Shown piece after piece: positions 11,651-22,532 of a DNA stretch of 64,000 nucleotides. Where the stretch lies: contig JAHLWZ010000840.1 of the NCBI GenBank assembly GCA_020536535.1, forward strand, positions 18,507 to 82,506, given 5' to 3'. Within the stretch, counting starts at the first letter, position 1, and every line of letters begins with the position of its first letter. This DNA is from Pelomyxa schiedti (lineage: Eukaryota; Protista; Evosea). Below the pieces are notes generated by a model, which saw only the letters and a list, made by a program, of their open reading frames with translations, searched no databases and had not been told where the DNA came from. The translations under genes were made by a program, and so were the position numbers.

Positions 11651-14613
11651 CTACCACGGTCCCAGACAAGAATACTCAAATATGAAATTTTGTCTTATTT
11701 GTGACTTCCAGCTTTTGTTATGGTTAGAGGTTAGAGGAAAAAAAAAGGTGGGTGCTTACTTTTCAAGGTCAAAGCAAGAAAATTCACCTTGTGTGCTGTC
11801 AATTGCCGATTGAGCGGAATCAGAAGGTTGGAACCACAGTTGGTGTTTGATGTGGTACCACCAGTGTCTCCTTTGCAATTCTTTACCGGCAAGAAACCTT
11901 GTGGAGGGAGGATGAGGAAGTTTAGTAGGTCATACTTGGGAACTGTTGAAAATGAGTGATGACAAAGGGGCAAAAGAAAACGGGTGAGGAAAGGGATATA
12001 ATGCCACTAACTTCAAATGTGACAAACTGCGCATATAGAATACAAAGAAGAGTGTGTCGGTGGGTACTTTCGGGAGCACATCTTTCATTGATATACAAAC
12101 CTCAGACGGCATCCAACTAGGAAAGCTGGGTGTATTTGAGGTTGTAGGTACAGAGATACTGCCGGATGTGGAGAGTGTGGAGCCTGTAATATTTGCTGGA
12201 GATGGCTCTCTGAGTATAATTGGTGAGTGCAAGTACAAAGCACAAAGTCATACTGGGCTTTATCTGGCTGTGTCAAGTTGTAAAAACTCGAATTCAACAA
12301 AATCGATTGCTCGTTATCAATGCGTGGTATAGGAGGCTCACTATAATCTTCACCAACACCATATCTACTAGGGTCATCTGGGTTATTTGTAGTACCACCC
12401 CATTGTGATGGGCTTCCTGATTGGTTATACTGGCAAGGTTAATACTTGAGATACTAAACTAAATACCAACCCAAGAAGGATGAGCCGCTGATAAATCATT
12501 ACAACTTGGTTGAGCTGGTGAGGTGGTGTTTTGTATGCTTGAAGCGAGGCTATCCTACGAAAGGTTAGTGCATTGCCAGCTCTGATGCCAGTACCATCGA
12601 AGGTAGCCCAGTATTTAGCTGATCATTGGTATCCTTGAATGTTGAGGAAAAAAGTGACTGTTGCAGAGTTTGGTTGCTTTGGCCGGGTGGGTATTGTGGT
12701 GAAGGTGAATTAGGCAGAGTTTGTTGTGGTTGTGATTGTGGTTGTGGTTGCATTTGCAGTTGTGTCTGTGTGTTCAGTTGGGTATGGGGTTGTTGTGGTT
12801 GTGGTGATTGTGGAAGGTGAATGGGAGGTGTATATGATTGATATGGTTGTGGTGGTGTGTATGCTTGGTAGGATTGTTGTGTTGGGGTTCTCTGAGTATT
12901 TTGAGAGTTTTGGGTTATTTGGTGTAAAGATAGCGTGGTGGGTTTGTTCGCTAACGATGTTGTGGGTTGCGACTTGACAGATCCCTGTCTGCTGTTAGGA
13001 TGCCAACTTTCAGTTAATCAAATAATTAAACCCTTTATAAAATAAATAAGGACCTGACGGCTGGGAATTTAGAGGGCACCTTTTGTTTTTGGGTCACTGA
13101 TGACTGGCTTGACACGGAAGAGAATAGAATGGACTCTTGCGGCTTTGTGGGTTGGGGTTGGGGCTGCTTAATAGTTACCATCACTTGCTGCAAAAGAAGA
13201 AAATACCGTGTGGGACGACTTCTGAGTGGGAGGGATAGGAACAGATGACTGTTTCAGTGAGAAGGGGGGTGGAAGGGGAGGTTGTGGAGGGCTAGCCTGG
13301 CGTGAAGGTGTAGGCAGTGTTGATATAGGTTGTTGTGCATTGATTGGAGGGGATGACAGGCTAGGAACCAATTGAGTGCTGGTTTGTGTAGGAGAATCCA
13401 GGCTATCTGTGTCACTGAGAAAATACGCACTTAGTGTGGCATGAGATGGCACATATAAGTTACCTGTCGCTACTTTCTTCGTCAGAACTTGTGGTATCAA
13501 GTTCTGAAAATGTTCAGGGGAAAAAAAAAACAAACTCAATCCTTCTCTCCTTCTCTCCAATTCAAGAAGAATGAGACAGACCTTCCAGATGAAGATCATC
13601 ATACAATTGGTCATCAATCAAATCCGGATTAGGTGTTGTTAAAGTAGGATCAGCAAAAACCGGATCTATGGCATCTTGGACAAATTGTACCTGGAAGAGA
13701 TTATTATTGATCGGAGTTGGCAATTACCTGTGAAGCTGCTAGTTTGTTTTTTGTGAGCATTTTGAGTAACAGCTGCAACTTGTCAAGATGAAAGGCATAG
13801 CTTTCGATTTCATATTTGTCCTAAAGCGAAAAAGGGAAAAAAAAATGTCCCAACAATGGATAATTTAAGTGGTGTATTTGTAATCCCTCCTTTCCCATCA
13901 AAATATCTGGTGAGGATCCAAACCTGTGAAGCTTCTTTCGCTTTCTCAAATTTCGTTATTGCTGTTACTGCAATTTGGTGAGCATAAAAGGTGATGGTAT
14001 CATGTTGTTTTCAAGCTGTTTGCGTGGGATTATTCATTTACTTGTTTCGAATGAGAGGAAAATGGCCTCACCAATCCAAGCCCGCATTTTTGCTTTATCA
14101 CTGATGGCTTGTTCGTTTTCTCTCAATTCCTTCTCCAACGCCTCTCTGCTATATGGTTTCACTTTGGAACAGTGCTCATATACTCTCCAATGCTCCATTT
14201 TCTTTTAAAAGAGTGTTAAATACAGCTAAAAACAACTTAGCAGGTAACCGATTCTATCTGCTTCCTTGCTGCTGTTAGAATGGGAACCTTTGTTTTGAAG
14301 ACGTTTGATACGCTCCATTCTTTTATCTGATCCCTGTGATAATAAAGGGGTTCAGTGGTTTCCACAAATCCATACAGAGAAAGTACAAATTGAAGGGGGA
14401 AACTCTTTTAAAAGGAAATAACCTGTGCCGTTGCATTTTTTTGACAAGACGTTTCAATTCTATCTCGCGTTTCTCTCGTCTTTGGTGCCTCGCCGCCGGA
14501 CTCCCAGGTGGGTCACGATCCAAATCAGCCTCCGTCATGGCAGCATCAAACGCAGCCGCCCACGTACCCACTTTCCGCAGCACCCTGTCGATCTCCGCCT
14601 CTTGCTTTTTCAT
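11651..14613 (-). CDS. CNOT3: CCR4-NOT complex subunit 3 (Not3/Not5-like)
   Basis: N-terminal Not3 coiled coil MKKQEAEIDRVLRKV...REKREIELKRLVKKMQRHRDQIKEW. C-terminal NOT box DTLFFVFY...LAGKELQRRHWWYHIKHQLWFQ...FIFEY. Confidence 0.85.
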
Positions 14614-15275
14614 ACTGCACGTACGTCCCTCACTCAACGCAACCAGACAAATAAAAAACAGATCTCCTCTTTGTGTAGCACTGTGGTTTACTTGGCGTCC
14701 GCACACCAGTTCGCGGGTCTGATGACTTCCTGATTTCCTCAATTTAAATGTTTGCTACACACAGAGCCATTAATTTCTCTTTGGCATCTGACACAGAGAA
14801 TAACAATTAATGAGACAAAGGAGCCGGGGGATGACTAATAAATCCAACCGCTTTGTTCTTGCCGCCATTTCATTTAATACAACAAAAACCAAAGGAACAG
14901 CAGCAAGCAAGACAAGGACAAAAGCAGTACAACAACAGGTGTCGTGGGATCTCGTTACGTACATGCTCAATGCGATGTTTAATCTCGTTGTCGTCATGCA
15001 ATACTTTTTTTTTGTTGTTGTTGTTTAGTTTTGGTGTTAACAATACAAACTAGTTCGCTCTTTCGCTCTACCGTCAAGCCGAGTTTTTCGAAAACACAAC
15101 CAAAACAAGGAAACTTCTAACAAGAGAAGAGGCACAAGAGGAAGCACTCTAGGAGTTGAACCCACGGTTCTATCGTGAGGTTCTCCCCTCCACCTCCCCA
15201 CAAGTTCAAGAGACCACCATTTTTGCCAGTGCTGACCTTGAGAAGTCCAACTGTTTGCAATATACAAGTCACTAC

Positions 15276-17092
15276 ATGCTTCAGCCAATTCTGGAGGACA
15301 CACCATTACTTGCAGACTTCGAGACAAAAAACTGTGGTGGAGGTGGCGGGGGAGGAGATGGTACAGCCTGTGCCCAGAGTGTTTGCCTTGGTGTCAATTT
15401 TGGAAGTGACGGTAGTTTGAAATGTGCCAAGAACGACTGCACCTCTGTTCCAGCAGTGTTACCACAAGCACAAAGTAACTCTCCCGGGAATTCTGCTGTG
15501 AGGACAGTGCCCTTTGTCTGTCTAGCTGGAATAGTCTACTTCAGTGTAGGGGGAGGACCCTTTGGATTCGAAGAAAGTATTTCCGCGTCATCGATTGCTT
15601 TGTGTTTTTGGACTTTGATAGCAGCTGCTTTGTTGTGGGCTTTACCTCAAGCACTATGCATTGCAGAGTTATCTACTCTCTTTAGGTATGCACACGTAGG
15701 GCAGGCTGAGAAAAGCCACTTATTAACGTAGTATAGGTTTGGATATAATGAGTGGTGTACTGAGACACTTGGCTCTTTCTGTGGCTTTTCGCACTCCATT
15801 GTACGGGTAGTATTTTCCGCTTTGACAAATGCGATTTACGCGGACTTGTTTGCCACTTACGCTCTGGGGATAATATCGCTGCACACCACGCAACACGAGT
15901 TCTTGATCCGCTGTGCTCTTATTGCGGGGTTTGAGCTCTGTGTCGCATCAGTCAACTGTGCTGGAGGAGTGCGGACTGTTGGCATTGCTATGATAGCATT
16001 AACAGTGCTGGTGTTATCACCATTTGCGGTGATGTTGGTTCTTGCAATACCAACACTCACATTAAAACCCCTTGTGGACATAAAGATCTCTGATCTGAAC
16101 AACGCAGATGTACCACTCCTCATCTGCTCAATAATGTACCTCCTATCCGCTTTGCTGTATCCTAACCTCAACACAGGTTCAACCTAGCAGGTTGGGATTT
16201 TGTTGGTAACGTTAGCAGCCTCGCTAGAAAGCCCTCGCGTGATGTACCTGCTGCTATTGTCTCCGCCCTCGTCCTTGTTTGTGTGACTTATATCGTTCCT
16301 CTGATTGTGACAGCCAGTGTCTTAGTTATGTATTCAAGCGATAGTGGTGGATCTAGTGCATTTGTTGAAGCAGCAAAGATATTGTGGTCCCCATTGGCGT
16401 ACTGCGTAACTGGTGCTGCCTTCATTGGGACATTTGGCTTGGCAACGTCTTTCATGGCCACAAGCTCAGAAGCTTTGGCTCATTCTTCACAGTGGGGTTA
16501 TTTGCCTGATGTATGCTTCTCTGCCATTTCTTGTGAAACTAATCATACTTGTATGTAGTTCATAACCCACCGGTTCTTTTCACATCAGACACCAATTTTC
16601 ATTGTTCTGTTGCTGTGCCTCACATCAACTGCCATATGCATACCTTGGGAATACGCGCAGGTTGTGCAGCTGCAGATGTGGCTATTTGCTGTATCGACTC
16701 TCGTCATCCTTCTTGGGTTCCTTACCATACACTGGGCTAAGGCACCAAAACGGTCACCATTACTCACCTCAGGTCCAAGTGATCAAACAAACCCTTCAGC
16801 CACACCAACACCCCCAGGATCGCCCAAACTTGGCTCTACAACCATCACAGTAACCATTGAGCAGGGATTCAAGCTACGCGTGGGCCGACTTGGCTCAGTG
16901 CTTCTCTGCATTCCACCCATGTGTCTATGCCTATTCGCGATCGTGTGGACCTCGTGGAGAGTTGCCGTCATTGGGTGTGTGATTATCATCTTTGCTGTCG
17001 GCGTTGCCCTTGTTTGTGCCGTGGTGCACAAGTGGAAAGTCAGGCACCCAGCCTATGTGCCAGTGCTCCTTACAATAGAAATTCACGACTAA
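15276..17092 (+). CDS. APC-superfamily amino acid/polyamine permease (PUT/LAT/POT1-like)
   Basis: YFSVGGGPFGFEESI, WALPQALCIAELST, NLAGWDFVGNV, and about 12 hydrophobic segments. Start codon uncertain. Confidence 0.85.
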
Positions 17093-17273
17093 ACCATGGA
17101 ACCATTCATTTTCATCCCATCAAAAGGGTTTTACTTAAAACCAAAAAAAAAAGGAACTGTTAGCTACTATTTTTCTATTTATTTATGCCTGAGGAAAAGA
17201 AAAGCAGTAGGCATTCAACTGCATTTGTCTTCTCTTGTCTCCCAGGCATACACATAAGTTCGCCAGTTGCTAA

Positions 17274-17950
17274 TTACAACTGGCCAAAAAATAGCATCTT
17301 GTAAATAACGGTAAACCCCACGGCTGTAGCAATAAAACCAACACCACCAGGTATTAGTAATGTAATGCCCCAGCTCAAGTCACTGGATTCCAGATCATCG
17401 GGATCATAGTTGAAGAATGCGTACTCCTGTGTGTCGCAATCACTGCAGGGGTAGCCTCTGATGTAATCTGGAGCGAACCAACATGCATAAATCCCCTCAC
17501 CAGGGTAAGCATCCATTGCCCAAGTTATGTAATCCTCGACGTCGTCTGGAAAAAGTATGTTCTCAAATGAAGAATTTGCTTGTCCAACCTTATTGTAATA
17601 CCTGAAGCACTGTAAATGCAACAAGGTTCCCAAAAGCACACACAAGCAAGTAAGCAAACAAACAAACAAGTCGGGCATTCGACTAACCAGTCGCCGTCCC
17701 AGGTCATTATCGTAACATTCCACTCAGGGACAAAGTTGGTGGCATCTTCAGTACTAAAGTCAAACACTTCACTCCCGTAAGAGTAGCACACGGCGTTGAC
17801 AAACTCAATGTCCCGCAGAATGAGGTACAGCCCACCACCAATCAATGCAAAAGAGGCACCCAACGCCAGAGCACAAAATGTTGTCACTGTTGCAAAGCAC
17901 TGGCAAAAGTCGGATTTCTTCCACGCCGGCGTCTTCTTGTTGTTTGGCAT
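17274..17950 (-). CDS. Two-transmembrane protein with a Cys-containing extracellular loop
   Basis: TM1 FCALALGASFALIGGGLYLIL, loop with several Cys, TM2 WGITLLIPGGVGFIATAVGFTVIY. One intron at about 17610-17690. Confidence 0.6.
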
Positions 17951-18090
17951 TGGTTCCTTTTTTTTTGATGAGAAGAAAACGGAAAGTATCGTAAACCAAC
18001 GAACCGACGACACCCGTGGATTTCGGGAAATTGATTAGAATAACGAATGATGCAAGGAAGTACCAATAGCCAAAAAAGTGTTTATGGACA

Positions 18091-19579
18091 TTATACACGG
18101 GACTGCTCCAATGCTGATGCCATCCACTCGAAGCACGTTGTCAAAGGACTGCCGGATAGCATTGAGCAACCTTGTATCATCCACGTCGAGTGACCCAGAA
18201 GTGGAAGGCACCTCATTCCAAGCTTAGCATATATTTCTGACACAGTCATGCAGGATGGCAAATCTTGTTTGTTTGCTTTGAAAGTGTTAACGGTATCAGG
18301 AGTCATTAATTTGTTACCCAGTACAAGAACTGGAACACCCGTAAGATATTTGATGGAGACAAACTATTTAATGACTCTGAGACAAGAGAAACATTATTGA
18401 ATGACAAGTTACCTTCATGAATTCATCATATGCCTCAGAAATCCTGTCGTAGTCCCCAGAATCCACAACAAATATGATACCCGAACAAGGTTCCAACCCT
18501 TTTTTTGCATAAGTGACAATACCTTGTAAAGAAACAAGAAATCACAATGGTCCCAGATTCTCCGAATCTTGTCACCTGCGCAAAGTCAGTGATTGAAACC
18601 CAGTGAGAGGGGAGGCACTTCCTCCGACATCCTTTTGTGAAGGTTAAAAACAGAAGTATAATGGTGCAAGAAATAAATTTGGCCTACCCAGCAAACAACT
18701 TTAAAGTAATCCAACTGTGCCTTTTCTAAATCTTGTATGTGCATCAGCAAATATCAAGGTAGAAGTAGCTAGGGTCATACTGAAACCAATCATTGGAATC
18801 TCAGTGACAATGTCCCCTTTGTGACGAATTTTGTACAATAGTGTTGTCTTTCCTGACGAGGAATTTAATTGGCATTGGGGTTTGATCTAAAAAAAACCAG
18901 CACAATCAAGTCCAGACAATAAAACTGTAGCAGAACTTGAATGCGATGAAAACCAGGATAAGGCCTTGGTAAAAAAGGATCCCTCTTCTCTTGGCTTGAA
19001 TGAAACCCTTGTTCGGCCATATGTAAGAGAACAACGACGGGTGTTTCCTTACTCTGAGGAAAAGGAATTCAAGTGCAGCTTCAAGTCCTTTTTGCTTGCT
19101 TGACCATACAATACTTTCCATTTGCCTGTGAACCTAATTTCAAACCAAAAAAAAAAAAAAAAGACAATGAATCAGTTACACCTTACCTCAAACTATTTAC
19201 CCTTTTGCCACATCGTCAAAAAGTGAATCAGGCACAGGTGCCACATCAGGGTGAAAATGCGATGAGGCACCGTTGTATCGCGGACGGGGCGTGTACATCA
19301 GTTCCAAGGCGCGCAGCACAATCGGGTCCCACTGCGTTTCCAGGAAAAGCCGCTTCCACAGTGAGTCGGTGCTGCACAGTGAATGGAACTTCCTGCACGT
19401 CTGGGACATACGGCATAGTGATGTCGCCTCCAGCCGTGAAACTACCGCACTGCGATGAATGGGTGTGAGAACGGACCACAATTGTCAATAACAAACAACG
19501 TGATCATATCAGCAGAAAACAGTCCAAAATCTCCCACGTTCTCCTGGTCTCCAGCCTCCAACGGGCCACTATTCGACAT
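18091..19579 (-). CDS. F-box + Arf-family small GTPase fusion protein
   Basis: F-box DFGLFSADMITAVVSRLEATSLCRMSQTCRKFHSLCSTDSLWKRLF. Arf domain GLDCAGKTTLLYKI...IPMIGFN...WDVGGSDKIRRIW...GIIFVVDSGDYDRISEA...VLVLANKQDLP...WMIQGCS. Confidence 0.85.
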
Positions 19580-19913
19580 CGTTTTTTTTTTCCCTGGGAA
19601 ATAACGGGGAATATCAAAATCAACAACTTATCACACGATGATGGCTGATGATGGCACAGCACAGTTGGGCCCCACTCGCCCGCCCAAGGCTCCAAGATTT
19701 CCCAGATTTCTCGAGGAACCCCGCAGAGTGCCCATGCCAGAACCACTCATGCCACCACCTTTGCCATGGTTGCCACAACAATCCCTGGCAACTACCTTCA
19801 CTGGCGCACGTGTCTTTCGCTCTAGAGCCGGTTGTATACAAATTTTTTGTAAGTCGATCTTTGTCTCCAAAATCCGCCGTGGGGAGTCCCAAATTTGACG
19901 CCAAACGAAACCC

Positions 19914-21266
19914 ATGGCCACAACCGCATTGGCACTCGGCCCCACTCGCCCGGCCAAGGCTCCTCGAACGGCCACGGCGGCACAGGACGTGTTGTTGTTC
20001 GAGTGCCCTCGCCGTGTTCCCATGCCTGCGTCGCTTAGTTTCCACCCCGCTTGCCTGATGCGGGACCAGTTCGCTGCTCTGCTGATGTGCACGCACCCTC
20101 GCTGCGGAAAATGTTTTGCCAAGCCGCTGGCCGAGGACCCCGTGGGTTGCATTAATACGAACATGCAGGGGCGAGAACAGTTGTGGATTGTGACGAGGGT
20201 GCTTTGGGGTTGGCTTGTGGATGCGCCCGTTAGGTTATTTTTCTTGAGCTTCAGAATCGGGGGAACGAACGCCGTCACGTTCTGTGTGTCTCCACTCATG
20301 GGATCAATCACACACGACGTCTGTTGCTGGCGTGATACCAGGCCGGAATGGCGGATCACCGGGTCAAACGGCCACAGCATTCTATCGCAGCATGATAGAA
20401 CCGGACAGACTGAACTTTTCGAAATTGCAACCGACAAGAGTTTGCGCGTGCACTACGACAAGTCCGCGTTGCTATTGATGAATTGCAAGTGGCTTGTGGA
20501 GCGCAGAAAATTGCCTGTGGAGAGCGGATTTAAGTGGCAATTTCTTATCACTCCAACAGGACGGAGCAGCCAGTGCCACAAAGAAGACGATAGCAGTGTG
20601 GCTGTTGATTTTGATTTTGCTGTTCCAGTTACTTTTCCTGCTAAATTCTATGCCAACCCCGGTGCACCTGATGAGTTGCTTCATGTACATTTCAGTGGCA
20701 GCAGTGAGGTCAGGCTGTCTATTCTTGATCTTGCACAGATGTGGGCCACAAAAACTTTGATCCGATCGAGTTCCACAGCAACCAAAATTAAAGGTACCTT
20801 TTGGCAGGTTTCCAAAGTTCTGCTTCTCACCAAACAGAGCGGTGCGCACTCCTTCATCATTCAGATAGCAGAGACTGTTCTTCATGTTGAAGATGGGACT
20901 GGCAGACAAACAATTCTGTTCAATTCAAGCCAAGAGAGAATGCAGGGTGTTGCACTTGCTGGCCTGTTCCACCTCAGTGGCCCACGTTTCTGCATTTCCA
21001 AGAACCAGGGGCCCTTCCTCAGCTGTGACTTGTGGGATTGCAACAACACCAGTGGGCATGCATTGAGGACTGTCAATCTCCCAAGGCGCCCCTGGGATGG
21101 ATTCTTTGCTGAAGGTGACATGTTTTTCACACTGAGAGGGGAAGCTCGGTGCACAACAATTGAGGTGACTGACAGCACATGGACTGGGACTGACAGGAAT
21201 GTGGTCTGCATCAAGTACAGTCACCTCATTGACATGGATGACCACTACTCTTCTTGCTTGTTGTGA
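19914..21266 (+). CDS. Intronless hypothetical protein (450 aa) with an N-terminal RDQFAALLxxxHPRCG motif; probable lineage-expanded family
   Basis: Long uninterrupted ORF with a beta-rich C-terminal region. The motif is recalled from an expanded Pelomyxa protein family (not verified). Confidence 0.75.
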   Translation: MATTALALGPTRPAKAPRTATAAQDVLLFECPRRVPMPASLSFHPACLMRDQFAALLMCTHPRCGKCFAKPLAEDPVGCINTNMQGREQLWIVTRVLWGWLVDAPVRLFFLSFRIGGTNAVTFCVSPLMGSITHDVCCWRDTRPEWRITGSNGHSILSQHDRTGQTELFEIATDKSLRVHYDKSALLLMNCKWLVERRKLPVESGFKWQFLITPTGRSSQCHKEDDSSVAVDFDFAVPVTFPAKFYANPGAPDELLHVHFSGSSEVRLSILDLAQMWATKTLIRSSSTATKIKGTFWQVSKVLLLTKQSGAHSFIIQIAETVLHVEDGTGRQTILFNSSQERMQGVALAGLFHLSGPRFCISKNQGPFLSCDLWDCNNTSGHALRTVNLPRRPWDGFFAEGDMFFTLRGEARCTTIEVTDSTWTGTDRNVVCIKYSHLIDMDDHYSSCLL

Positions 21267-21505
21267 AATGTGTTTTCTCCTTGTTGAAAGAGCGAAATTT
21301 TGCAGTGGGGAGGTCGGGCGGAATGTAATGTAGACCCTAGTAAGTATGCGGGAAGTATTAACCGAGTTTGAGCCAGAGAGTTGGAGAGTGGGTATGAAAT
21401 TGTGTTGCTTGTTTTCGGGGATCTGAGGCAAGGATTAAAAGCATTGTGTTTTTTGGTGGTACTCACCTCATCGCAAAAGGAAAAAAAAACCAGTAGCACG
21501 AGGGG

Positions 21506-22391
21506 ATGAGTACCGGCGGAGATCTTGTTGTGAAGTTCATAGGGGAAGATAACTTTGTTTGCAAATGCGAAGAGGGTGACGTTGGTGTTGCGGCGAGGAC
21601 TAACTTCGCTCCTATCAAACTGCTCTATGGTGTGTCGTGCGGAATCATGTTTCTCAGTTTGCCTTTTTGAAATGCACGCGGTCACATCGTAGGCTTTGTG
21701 GAGGGAAAGGCCGATGACTGGGACCGGGTTTTTAGTAGCGAAATAACTTACAAGAACGCTTCTGCTGGAGGAGGAAACAATGCTGTCACTGTGACAATTC
21801 CTCAAAATGTGAAACGAATTCGTACTCTTTCTCCCCACTGTGAACAGTGTGAAATAGCCACTTACACTTTCTGCTGGATACAGGCGAGACACATCTTTGT
21901 ATACTGCTTTGACTATTACGTTTGGAGTGAGTCATATAGTGGCCTTACTAGGCAGCTACACTCTACTTCGCCATCCTTCATTCCTGCACAGTCATTGAGC
22001 AGTTGTTCTGGATTTGTCAAACTCCCAATTGAATGGAGACACCAACACATTCATACACCCTCTGAGGCCACAATAACTGTGGGTAGCTGGCATGTCGAAA
22101 ACGCTTGGTTGTGTTGCGTGTTCACTGGGTATTCCCATGATGCTACTGAAACTGCCTCCTGGTCTTTCTCAATGTTTCTATTCCAACTTGACCACCGTTT
22201 GCAGGAAGGACGCATTTGGCAATTACGGGTGCCAGAGCACCCTTCAACCAATTCTCAGTGGTGGATACAAGGTTGGTACTCACTTCCATAATGTACATTC
22301 ACATTTTTTCAGCGCCAGGGGTACATGGTGGACCTGTGGCAGCTCTCCCCATCTTCCGCACTACTTGCACCACACATTGCGTTCCGTGTAA
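21506..22391 (+). CDS. Hypothetical spliced protein
   Basis: ATG 21506 (MSTGGDLVVKFIGEDNFVCKCEEG...) joined by a GT-AG intron to ORF 21698-22291. The 3' end is uncertain. Confidence 0.45.
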
Positions 22392-22532
22392 GGTATCGTG
22401 TTGGCGAGTCCATTTATGAGAGTCCTGCCTTCTTTACCAGCTAAGTTTGTAAGAAAAGAAAAGAGCTTTTTTTTTTGCCGGAAATGAAGGGATGTATTCG
22501 AAAAATCTTCCATAACACAGGCATTCACTACA

